Below are positions 41,163-49,058 of a stretch of 64,000 bases of DNA, piece after piece. The position numbers and the translations under genes were made by a program. Where the stretch lies: IMG/VR virus record IMGVR_UViG_3300025018_000091, one strand, 5' to 3'. A model generated the notes under the pieces. That model had not been told where the DNA came from. It searched no databases and worked only from the letters and a program-made list of their open reading frames with translations. How positions within the stretch are numbered: the stretch's first letter is position 1; each line of letters begins with the position of its first letter. The stretch is from a virus. Lineage: Duplodnaviria > Caudoviricetes.

Positions 41163-42077
41163 CTAAATTTTAGTAAAATCTGCTGTGCTTCCAAAATCTA
41201 CATAAACATAATTACCATAAGTGTCTTGCATTATATTATCTGGATTCGCCTCAAAATCCCAAGGATCTAATCCAAGTTCACTCATCAATGTTTCTTTTAA
41301 GTTTTTAACTTTAACCGGATCTTTATTACCTTTAATTGGAAATACCCTGTCAGCAATATAATATGCTATCCATATTGGATTAGCAAATGAAGACACATCA
41401 CCAACTAATAACTTTTGACCTACCCTTACAGCTATTCCAGAATTATAAACATTGGTTATATGCTCTGACTTAATTGATTCCAATCCCTTAAGAAAAGAAA
41501 GAACCTTATCTTTTTTATTATCTGGTAACAAAAAGAACTTAATTATTTTATTATTACCATAATCATAAACTTCGCCTTCTGCACCCGCGCCAAGCATTTC
41601 CCCATGAGGAATTTGAACACCCAAAGATTTTTCAACTATATCTAATAAATCTGTATCATTAGATCTAAAACTATTATATAGTTCATCTAATTTCATTTCC
41701 CTTACAGGATTTTCATAAGATGTGCTCATCTCATCCATCTCTTTTAATTTATCAAGATTAGAAATGAACCTATCTAAATCAAATAAGGTTGCATTTAATG
41801 TTCTATCTACAACCCCTTTAACTCCTTGAATTAATATTAATTCAAGGAGTTAAAGGGGTTGTATTGTATTATAGATGTTCCATCCTTGAGTTTCAAAAAA
41901 GAGTATATATATTCGCCGGAAGAATCATTTATAAAATCTGAATCTGTAAATACAAAATTATATCCTTTGTATTGAGAACCATTTCCTTCTTTGACTTGTT
42001 GGGCAAAATTATCTAAATCACTAGAGGCTAATGCTAAAAAAATACTCTGCTTGTTTTAATAAACTAACTGCGCGCAT
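41163..42077 (-). CDS. Protein kinase-like protein; N-terminal third disrupted by an A7 frameshift and a perfect palindrome
   Basis: LGAGAEGEVY, KIIKFF, DFEANPDNIM and YVDFG; ATG 42077 (MRAVSLLKQAEYF) is in the kinase frame. Confidence 0.7.
41808..41863. repeat. Perfect 56-bp palindrome without a loop
   Basis: TACAACCCCTTTAACTCCTTGAATTAAT followed by its exact reverse complement. Confidence 0.95.
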
Positions 42078-42510
42078 AATATAATGGCGTGTTATTAATA
42101 ATTGACTGTACCAGTTTCACTCCTGGCATGGTGTACCTTTCCCAACTATTTCAGGGCGTTACTGTGACGAATTTCACCATAAAGGAATAGCCATCAGATG
42201 CCAGTCAATTCCAGCGCTTCAATCGAGGTCGGTTCCTCGTACCATAACAGTCATGGGTATACTATTGGACTTGCACCAATTCTTCACCTCGGGAAAGAGG
42301 GAGTGCTTACTACTTACACTAATATATACTTGATATGTACCTCGGATTTGCACCGAAACTGACGGCTCAGCCGTTATGCAGCTCTTACATCAATACATAT
42401 GCCTTATCTACTTACTGAGTCGGACTCAAATAATATATAAGTTTATGATGTCTGTACACAACAAATATAAACTTGGGGTTCCCTATTCGAATATTCTACG
42501 GAAGTAGATT

Positions 42511-42587
42511 TGGTTGGACAGGTGGGAGTTGAACCCACTTCTAGATGTTTATAAGACATCCCTCCATGACCGATTGAGTTCTGTCCA
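42511..42587 (-). tRNA. tRNA-Ile(TAT)
   Basis: GATGT-CT TAT AA-ACATC, CCA. Confidence 0.88.
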
Positions 42588-42599
42588 ATGATCATTTTA

Positions 42600-42676
42600 T
42601 GGTCGTATAGGTGGGAATCGAACCCGACTTCTAACTGCTTGTAAAACAATCCTCCATACCAATTGAGTTCTATACG
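42600..42676 (-). tRNA. tRNA-Val(TAC)
   Basis: TT TAC AA, CCA; body is a paralog of the adjacent Ile(TAT). Confidence 0.85.
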
Positions 42677-42680
42677 ATAA

Positions 42681-42755
42681 TGGCACCCCTGAGCGGAATC
42701 GAACCGCCCTCAATAGCGTGACAAGCTACCCGCCTCACCAGATGCGTACAAGGGT
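42681..42755 (-). tRNA. tRNA-Asp(GTC)
   Basis: TT GTC AC, CCA. Confidence 0.92.
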
Positions 42756-43041
42756 ATTCTAAGCATGAATAAAACCATGCCAGAGGTTATACATTATATG
42801 TGCCATCTATCATAGATTTCAAAGTAGTTAATACTTCAATCTTACTAGGATAGCTGACAACAAATGTATTATGCTCATAACTAGCAATTCCAACATATTT
42901 TTGTGTTCGATTGTTATGACTCAACGTTATATCATAATCACACTTATTATACCAATCTAGTATTTCTAGCTTATTCATACATTCTCCATGTTAGATAAAT
43001 CTTTAGTATAAGATAATATGCATTGTTAATTACAAACAATT

Positions 43042-43117
43042 TGGTGGGACCAGAGGGATTTGAACCCTCATCAAACAGATTAAGAGTCTGCTATGTTTCC
43101 ATTGACACCATAGTCCC
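43042..43117 (-). tRNA. tRNA-Lys(CTT)
   Basis: CT CTT AA, CCA. Confidence 0.92.
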
Positions 43118-43271
43118 ATACAATTACTACAAGTTCGTTGGCAACAGCGCTTCTTCGCTTCTCTACCTGTCTTATTGAGTTCATCAATTGTGCAACTTAC
43201 ACCAAGTAATTGCAAACACACGATACATCAGAGGCTGGTTAAACTATCACTTGAGTATCTTAGCGTGTCAG

Positions 43272-43342
43272 CGGAACTAGGGGGAATCGAACCCCCGCTT
43301 ATAGATCGACAATCTACAGTCCTACCATTAAACGATAGCTCC
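43272..43342 (-). tRNA. tRNA-Asp(GTC)
   Basis: TT GTC GA; no encoded CCA. Confidence 0.88.
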
Positions 43343-43344
43343 TA

Positions 43345-43449
43345 ATATCAGACAAAATATGTAAACATAAGGGAACCATCCCGTCAAGTTGGAATCGAAC
43401 CAAACTAGTTGTTGATTTGGTACAATGTAATGCTTACTGCATTCTGATA
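43345..43449 (-). ncRNA. Y RNA copy Y3
   Basis: AUAUCAGAAUGC/UUGUCUGAUAU; GUAAGCAU/AUGUUUAC; T-arm UUGG-UUCGAUU-CCAA. Confidence 0.8.
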
Positions 43450-43525
43450 TGGTGGGACCAGAGGGGGTCGAACCCTCACCGAACAGATTAAGAGTCTGGC
43501 ATGCTCCCATTAACACCACGGTCCC
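43450..43525 (-). tRNA. tRNA-Lys(CTT)
   Basis: CT CTT AA, CCA. Confidence 0.92.
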
Positions 43526-43650
43526 ATTCGATTACGCTGGAGTCGGCAATAGCAGATCTTTACTATATCTCTCTCCAGTCCTAGAGTCAAGGTCTAGGCG
43601 CTCTTACGCTACATAACCAAGGCTGTTTTATTCGAAGTCAACAACCTTTT

Positions 43651-43690
43651 TAGTAGGAAAGGGTGGATTTGAACCACCTTTTACTTTCCC
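43651..43690 (-). ncRNA. tRNA minihelix (acceptor stem plus T arm only)
   Basis: GGGAAAG-UAAAA-GGUGG-UUCAAAU-CCACC-CUUUCCU-A. Confidence 0.65.
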
Positions 43691-43693
43691 ATA

Positions 43694-43920
43694 ATAAACG
43701 ACAAAAATTTGCTAAGACACCGGCACATTGATGGTCTTTTCAGATTACATCCGTTCGCCCCGCACTTTTGAGTCAGTGACTCTCTAGAAGACAGCATTAC
43801 CTGTTACCTTCGACTTATGAATATTACTATTCAAATTAGCGCCATCGCGTAATTCCTCACGGAATCAGTAGCTACCTTAGGGTCATTATTGATATGTAGT
43901 CCTAACTTGCATTCGTTTAT
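43694..43920 (-). ncRNA. Long Y RNA copy Y4 (227 nt) with a non-tRNA internal domain
   Basis: AUAAACGAAUGC/UUGUCGUUUAU; GUUAGGAC/GUCUUAGC; GGACUACAU; internal GNRA hairpins. Confidence 0.75.
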
Positions 43921-43997
43921 GGCTCCCGCACTAGGGTTTTCACCTAGAACCTCGCACCCTAATCTGGGTGGTACTCTGTATTTTGAGCTATACGGAA
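43920..43997 (-). ncRNA. tRNA-like element with a 6-nt anticodon loop
   Basis: D arm UAGCUCAAAAUACAGAGU, CACCC-AGAUUA-GGGUG, T arm CUAGG/CCUAG, GCCA. Confidence 0.6.
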
Positions 43998-44157
43998 TGG
44001 TCAACGGAAAAGGATTCGAACCTTTGACTACCCAGCACACTCAGAGTAACTATCATCGTCCTCAACATAATATATCGATCTATCATATTTGGTGTCGAAT
44101 AATCTTTAAACTAAATGCTTCTACTACTTGGTGCTCTGACCTCTGAGCTATCCGTCG
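43998..44157 (-). ncRNA. tRNA with about 90 nt inserted in the anticodon loop
   Basis: CGACGGA/UCCGUUG acceptor, canonical D and T arms, ACCA. Confidence 0.7.
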
Positions 44158-44162
44158 ATAAA

Positions 44163-44292
44163 GTAACAACAAGGATTTGAAGAGACTAGTTGTACTAGCG
44201 CCAGCTTCCCCATATAGTGGGGAATAAAGGAATCGGACCTTAATCGTTTATTGTATCAAAATAAAATGTAATCCCTTACATGCATTTGTTAC
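44163..44292 (-). ncRNA. Y RNA copy Y5
   Basis: GUAACAAAUGC/UUGUUAC; AAGGGAU/AUCCUU; T-arm AAGG-UCCGAUU-CCUU; UUCCCCA/UGGGGAA hairpin. Confidence 0.8.
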
Positions 44293-44293
44293 G

Positions 44294-44376
44294 TGGTTTC
44301 CCCGCTAGGATTTGCACCTAGATTTTCTACTTAGTACGTACTTAAATAGATGTCCTAATTATTAGACGACAGAAAA
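44294..44376 (-). ncRNA. tRNA-like element whose anticodon loop is a self-complementary 15-nt hairpin
   Basis: UCUAU-UUAAGUACGUACUAA-GUAGA; D and T arms intact; CCA. Confidence 0.6.
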
Positions 44377-44452
44377 ATACAATGCTTCTTCCTGGCTTCT
44401 ATTCCAGAATCTTCGCCCTAAGCGAGATAATAATTTATACTAAAAAAGCATT

Positions 44453-44529
44453 TGGTGCTTCCGTTCGCCTTTCGATAGCGAAATCTCCCAGGTTCATTCC
44501 GGGCGTTTTACCATTTAAACTACAGAAAC
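44453..44529 (-). ncRNA. tRNA-like element with aberrant anticodon and T loops
   Basis: GUUUCUG/CGGAAGC acceptor, D arm, CCCGG-AAUGAAC-CUGGG, 9-nt T loop, ACCA. Confidence 0.55.
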
Positions 44530-44531
44530 AT

Positions 44532-44676
44532 AAGTGACAAGAAATATAAAGATTTTATTCGGCGCCCTGCACTTTTTCCTTTCGGACCACTTGTGCTATG
44601 ATTAGCTTTCACTAACCAGCAGGATTCGATACCTGCACCATCGGACATTTTTGATGTAATCCTTATTGCATTCACT
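44532..44676 (-). ncRNA. Y RNA copy Y6
   Basis: AAGUGAAUGC/UUGUCACUU; AUAAGGAUU/AAUCUUUAU; T-like arm GCAGG/CCUGC. Confidence 0.8.
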
Positions 44677-44763
44677 TGGCTCTCAGGGCTGGATTCGAAC
44701 CAACGGTGCATTTCTACGGCGGATTAACAATCCGCTGCCTTGACCTGACTAGGCTACCTGAGA
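44677..44763 (-). tRNA. tRNA-Asn(GTT) with a long variable arm
   Basis: GCGGA-TT GTT AA-TCCGC; extra arm CGUAGAAAUGCAC; CCA. Confidence 0.82.
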
Positions 44764-45083
44764 ATATTATACTCAATAAAAGACTCATTAAATATTGACA
44801 CATTTAGTGGAACTAACAACACTCCTTCATGAATCTCGGCATGACAATTATTACAAACTAAGATGCACTTTCGTAATTCAATTACGATTTTATTCCAACT
44901 TTTAGGACTTCCTCTAACTGCTCCCAAACCAAATTCTTTTTTAGAAGGATCTAAATGATGTAAAGATAATGCAGAAGAACATTTATTATATCCACAGAAG
45001 CAACATTTACCTCCCATTGCAAGTATAATTCTCTCTTTTGTGCGTTTTCTCCAACGCTTAACTTTCTCAGATTGCTTACTCAT
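44754..45083 (-). CDS. HNH endonuclease
   Basis: CCFCG...LSLHHLDPSKKEF...CILVCNNCHAEIH. Confidence 0.88.
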   Translation of the reverse strand: MSKQSEKVKRWRKRTKERIILAMGGKCCFCGYNKCSSALSLHHLDPSKKEFGLGAVRGSPKSWNKIVIELRKCILVCNNCHAEIHEGVLLVPLNVSIFNESFIEYNILR

Positions 45084-45097
45084 ACTTAGATATATAG

Positions 45098-45168
45098 CGA
45101 CCCCCCTCGGACTTGAACCGAGATTCGAAACTTAACAGGCTCCCGTTCTACCTTTGAACTAAAGGGTC
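45098..45168 (-). tRNA. tRNA-Asn(GTT)
   Basis: CT GTT AA. Confidence 0.85.
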
Positions 45169-45173
45169 AATTA

Positions 45174-45456
45174 TTGATGACAAAATTTGTAAAGATAATG
45201 GCTTTATCTTAAGTAACACTGACGTGCCTCAAGAGCCATAGTGTAAGTATCCCCTCAACACCATATGGAATGTAATTTATCCATTAACATCTTTTGGAAT
45301 ATACAATTAATACTCACTGCATATTTATGAGACATATAGTTTTCTAACGGGTTTACCATTCATTATGTTTCGGAATGGCGGGCATTTCTTATAAATAAGC
45401 ATTACCCATTTATTATCGGTTGTTGTATTTATGTAATCCTTACATGCATTCATCAA
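45174..45456 (-). ncRNA. Long Y RNA copy Y7 (283 nt) with a non-tRNA internal domain
   Basis: UUGAUGAAUGC/UUGUCAUCAA; UGUAAGGAU/AUCUUUACA; GGAUUACAU. Confidence 0.75.
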
Positions 45457-45532
45457 TGGTGGGACCGGAGGGAATTGAACCCTCAACTTTCTGGTTAAAA
45501 GCCAGCTACTCTGCCAATTGAGTTACGGACCC
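45457..45532 (-). tRNA. tRNA-Lys(TTT)
   Basis: CT TTT AA, CCA. Confidence 0.93.
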
Positions 45533-45761
45533 GATTTGCGGATATCATCCGCAAGGGAAACTATTTTTTAGTTGTTTGTTTGGTACTCTTAGAACTCTTG
45601 CTAGAGTTTTTATTGAGTTTTCGCCAACATGGTCGGCAATATTTACCGCCAAGTGAACGAGCAATCTCACATGCTTTACACATAGTTCACCTCCTCTCAT
45701 TGAGTGGAGGTCACTAACTGTCAACTAAATAAACCATGAATTCTCCTTGAATAGAATTATT

Positions 45762-45906
45762 GTAGCAACGAAAATTTGTGAGACTATTTTTAACGTGTGC
45801 TGCCGCTACACTAACCCAAGATATAAAGTAAATTGGTCTTGGGTGCGGGAATCGGACCCGCCCTTCGTGCGCCCAATGCAATGTAATCCCAACATGCATT
45901 TGCTAC
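45762..45906 (-). ncRNA. Y RNA copy Y8 with a full permuted tRNA module
   Basis: GUAGCAAAUGC/UUGCUAC; T arm GCGGG/CCCGC; closed acceptor ACCCAAGA/UCUUGGGU; then D arm UAGUGUAGCGGCAGCAC. Confidence 0.87.
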
Positions 45907-45907
45907 T

Positions 45908-45982
45908 TGGTGGTCTCACTAGGACTTTCACCTAGACCGCCTCCTGAAATGGAGGTATTCATAAAACTTAAACTACAAGACC
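45908..45982 (-). ncRNA. tRNA-like element with a 6-nt anticodon loop
   Basis: GGUCUUG/UGAGACC acceptor, CCUCC-AUUUCA-GGAGG, CUAGG/CCUAG, ACCA. Confidence 0.6.
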
Positions 45983-45983
45983 A

Positions 45984-46081
45984 TGACGCTATAAACTTAT
46001 TTATTTGGTAGCGTCAGCGGGACTCGGACCCACAACCTCGTTCTTATAAATGAAATGTAATCCCTACAAGCATTTGCTATA
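45984..46081 (-). ncRNA. Y RNA copy Y9, 5' part only (closing strand not found)
   Basis: AUAGCAAAUGCUUGUAGGGAUUACAU, T arm GUGGG/CCCGC, UGACGCUA/UAGCGUCA hairpin. Confidence 0.65.
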
Positions 46082-46154
46082 TGGTCGCGAGACTGTGGGA
46101 TGAGCACAGATTTCCACCCTAAAAGTGGCGAGCTATCATTTACTCCATCTCGCA
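46082..46154 (-). tRNA. Candidate ochre suppressor tRNA (anticodon TTA)
   Basis: CCAC-TT TTA GG-GTGG; all stems pair; non-canonical T loop CTCATCC; ACCA. Confidence 0.5.
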
Positions 46155-46155
46155 A

Positions 46156-46227
46156 TGGATGCGGAGGCAAGAATTGAACTTGCAGAATCTAGCTTATGAG
46201 ACTAGGTTGGGACCGTCTCTCCCCGCT
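46156..46227 (-). tRNA. tRNA-Met(CAT)
   Basis: CT CAT AA, 1:72 mismatch, CCA. Confidence 0.82.
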
Positions 46228-46252
46228 ATAAAATAATGTATGATATACATCA

Positions 46253-46326
46253 TGGTGGAGCGTAGGGGTTACCCTCCCCTTCTTCTGCGGTGCAAGCGCA
46301 GCGTATTCGTATCCTACTCACGCCCC
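46253..46326 (-). tRNA. tRNA-Ala(TGC)
   Basis: CT TGC AC, G3-U70 pair, CCA. Confidence 0.88.
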
Positions 46327-46385
46327 ATATTATCTATGCATATAGTGGAATAAAATTAACTTGCACAAAATAGGAAAACTCCACT

Positions 46386-46880
46386 ATGGCTAAAACGAAA
46401 ACTAACTGTTTAAATTGTAACAAAGAAATTTATGTTGAAAACAAAGAAATTAAAAGAGGTTTTGGAAAATTTTGTAATTCCAAATGTTCTAGTGAACATA
46501 GAATTCGTAATAAACCAAAATTGCTAGATAATGTAAATTGTGCCCTATGCAATAAATCTTTTCATATGACCGAAAGTAAAAAAAAGTTATCAAAATCTGG
46601 ATTATATTTTTGTTGTCGAACACATAAAGATGAAGCACAACGCATTGGTGGTATAAAAGAAATTATGCCGCTACATTATGGCACCGCCAAACCAGACAAT
46701 TCTCGTTCTTATAGAAGAATAGCTTTCAATGAAAAAGCTAAAATGTGTGAAAGATGTGGATATGATCAACACGAAGCTGCGATAATTGTTCACCACAAAG
46801 ATAGCAACAGAGACAATAATAATCTAGATAATCTTGAAATATTGTGTGCTAATTGTCACGCTATAGAACATTGGAGCTGA
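46386..46880 (+). CDS. HNH endonuclease
   Basis: FCNSKC repeats; IIVHHKDSNRDNNNLDNLEILCANCH. Confidence 0.88.
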   Translation: MAKTKTNCLNCNKEIYVENKEIKRGFGKFCNSKCSSEHRIRNKPKLLDNVNCALCNKSFHMTESKKKLSKSGLYFCCRTHKDEAQRIGGIKEIMPLHYGTAKPDNSRSYRRIAFNEKAKMCERCGYDQHEAAIIVHHKDSNRDNNNLDNLEILCANCHAIEHWS

Positions 46881-46903
46881 TGCCCGTGGAACTACATCTC
46901 ATT

Positions 46904-46977
46904 TGGTGACGCATAGGAGAGTCGAACTCCTCTTCGTAGATTGAAAGCCTAATGTCCTACCGATAGACGAACGCGCC
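46904..46977 (-). tRNA. tRNA-Glu(TTC)
   Basis: CT TTC AA, CCA. Confidence 0.9.
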
Positions 46978-46983
46978 ATAACT

Positions 46984-47059
46984 ATGATAAAATCACCGGA
47001 GTTGCGCCGGATATTGTCCTCACGAACAATATTGAATACCATCGACCCTAATTCTATCA
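46984..47059 (-). ncRNA. tRNA-like element with an extended anticodon arm capped by GUGA
   Basis: UGAUAGAAU/AUUUUAUCA, UAUUGUUC-GUGA-GGACAAUA, CCGG-CGCAACU-CCGG. Confidence 0.5.
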
Positions 47060-47064
47060 ATTTG

Positions 47065-47137
47065 TCAGAGAGAGAGGATTTGAACCTCCACCACATGGAT
47101 CCAAACCATGGACGCTACCAGATTACGCTACTCCCTG
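47065..47137 (-). tRNA. tRNA-Pro(TGG)
   Basis: TT TGG AT. Confidence 0.9.
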
Positions 47138-47247
47138 ATTGAGTCGCCCTAAGAGATATGTTCTAAACTAACTCCTTGGGCGGATTAGGTTTAGCCAATC
47201 AATCTCTATTATTCCCAAACCTATGCGGGCTGAACATAGGTCTTTCG

Positions 47248-47323
47248 TGGTCGGAATGAGAAGACTCGAACTTCCGATACCTTGTACCCAAAACAAGTGC
47301 CATAGCCACTAGGCGACATTCCG
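47248..47323 (-). tRNA. tRNA-Pro(TGG)
   Basis: TT TGG GT, CCA. Confidence 0.92.
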
Positions 47324-47424
47324 ATATACTTCTGCTCTCCAACTTTCTGTTACGCTTCAAAAGTAAAAGGTAACTTCTATTAATAAGTATCGTACGTTAG
47401 ACTTGGAATTAAGTACGTATACTT

Positions 47425-47508
47425 TGGTGGGGACGGTAGGATTCGAACCTACATTGCTCAAGACGGCATCTTTATCGGATGCTGAGAGACCCATCTCTCT
47501 TCGCCCCC
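47425..47508 (-). tRNA. Class II tRNA with atypical loop CG ATA AA
   Basis: GCATC/GATGC stem, long variable arm, canonical T arm, CCA. Confidence 0.6.
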
Positions 47509-47550
47509 ATTGGATATTAAATTATCAGCGATCAAGACGTCCCATGACGT

Positions 47551-47639
47551 TGGTGCCGCCTGGTGGAATCGAACCACATAGCCACTCGGGGCGCCTGATT
47601 TACAGTCAGGAGATCCTCCCAGGAATCTAGTCAGTCGGC
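47551..47639 (-). tRNA. tRNA-Tyr(GTA)
   Basis: CT GTA AA, long variable arm, CCA. Confidence 0.9.
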
Positions 47640-47803
47640 ATTATATTTTGAATTGAATGTATTTATCTCCTAAAGTTATAGAATTTTTAGTTATTAAAGG
47701 TACTGAAACTACATAATTATTACTAATAAAGTAATAAATTGCTGCCGCCAACCCTACATCTCCCTGTTTTTTAGTATTTACTTGATTAAACATGAGACAA
47801 TAT

Positions 47804-47871
47804 TAACTGACAAAATATAGTGTAGATGTTTTTGGTCAAATATCAATGTAATCCACACAAGCATTCAGTTA
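47804..47871 (-). ncRNA. Minimal Y RNA copy Y10 (stem module only)
   Basis: UAACUGAAUGC/UUGUCAGUUA; GUGUGGAU/AUCUACAC. Confidence 0.75.
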
Positions 47872-47961
47872 TAGTAAAATTAAACGAATTTAATCGAATA
47901 ACTTTATATCGAACCCTACCAATATTACAGCATACAAATATTGATGATACTTAGGAGTAAT

Positions 47962-48613
47962 ATGAGGCAAGGTAAAATAGCATCTATCACAAACGAAGAA
48001 TTAACAACCCTTATACAAAACAATATATCATTGAAAAACGTTTTGTTATTTTTAAATCTACATCCGAGTAGTGGAAAATAGAAGATTAAAACAAAAATTA
48101 GAACAAGAGAATATCAATTACGATCATATCAAAAATGGTTCGGGATACGATCCCTCCAAAATACATACATTTAGAAAGCATGTATCATTGAATGATGTTC
48201 TTACTCTAAACTCTTCTTATAGTCCAAGATTACTTAAGAAGCGTCTTATAAAAGAAGGTTTATTATTCAACTATTGTAATGTATGTAATATACAGCCACT
48301 TTGGAATAATCTACCACTTCAATTACAGTTAGATCATATCAATGGTAACAATAGAGATAATAGGTTGGAAAATCTAAGATTATTATGCCCTAATTGTCAT
48401 TCCCAGACAGACACATTCGCTGCCAAAAATAAAATCAAAAAGAACAAACCTACAAAAATAGTACAACCACGAAAAACAAAGATAACTTGGCCAGATGACA
48501 ATGAGTTGCTAGATTTAGTAACAAACTCAAATTTTGTTCAAGTTGCCGCAACACTTGGTGTAAGTGATAATGCTATTAGAAAAAGATTAAAAAGAGCGGG
48601 GCTAATCAAATAA
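47962..48613 (+). CDS. HNH homing endonuclease; frameshift in the A4 run at 48075-48078
   Basis: Paralog of 18330-19058 including the upstream-frame N-terminus MRQGKIASIT; LQLDHINGNNRDNRLENLRLLCPNCH. Confidence 0.88.
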
Positions 48614-48619
48614 TTAGCT

Positions 48620-48691
48620 TGGCAGGTGTGGTAGGTAACGATCCCACTAGTAGAAGTTTTGGAGGCTTCCCTCTCACCTTGAGTCACACCC
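48620..48691 (-). tRNA. tRNA-Trp(CCA)
   Basis: CT CCA AA, CCA. Confidence 0.85.
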
Positions 48692-48877
48692 AAATAATTA
48701 CTATAATTGTAACTTATAATAATCATTCGATAAATTTCGGATTCATTATAAAATAAATCTAAGTGATTTTGGACGTCACTTACATCCCTATTTACCTAGA
48801 GGAAAATAACGATTCCCCTAATCTCTATGCATCGATGCATACTTTGTTAATTAATGTTACACTTAATTAACAAAGCT

Positions 48878-48990
48878 TGGTGCGGAAGGTTGGAATTAAA
48901 CCAACAACCTTCGGGTTAATCATTTAAACTCTAGTGTCGACGTTATCCATCAACTCAAGTCCCGGCGCTCCTTCTTCAAGCCGCTTCCAC
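48878..48990 (-). ncRNA. Met-like tRNA with about 38 extra nt (a hairpin) in the anticodon loop
   Basis: GUGGAAG/CUUCCGC acceptor, D arm GCUU/GAGC, CGGG/CCCG stem, insert helix GUUGAUG/CGUCGAC, T arm, ACCA. Confidence 0.7.
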
Positions 48991-48993
48991 ATA

Positions 48994-49058
48994 AAGGTAA
49001 CAAAAAGTGTAAAGATTGTTTTTTTAATGGTTAGATGTAATCCTTACGGCATTTACCT
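48994..49058 (-). ncRNA. Minimal Y RNA copy Y11
   Basis: AAGGUAAAUGC/UUGUUACCUU; GUAAGGAUU/AAUCUUUAC. Confidence 0.75.

Noticed and set aside
42254-42329. Possible tRNA-Gly(CCC) or Glu, and a similar element at 44382-44451
   Set aside because: The anticodon arms cannot be parsed consistently; treated as degenerate tRNA-like sequence.
46876-46898. Plus-strand GATGCCCGTGGAACTACAT resembling a Y-RNA 5' motif at the end of an HNH gene
   Set aside because: No closing helix or tRNA module was found; at most a remnant.
40728-49058. The repeated ATGTAATCC...GCATT motif as a CRISPR repeat
   Set aside because: Too short and degenerate, with irregular spacing and no cas genes; better explained as the Y-RNA helix.
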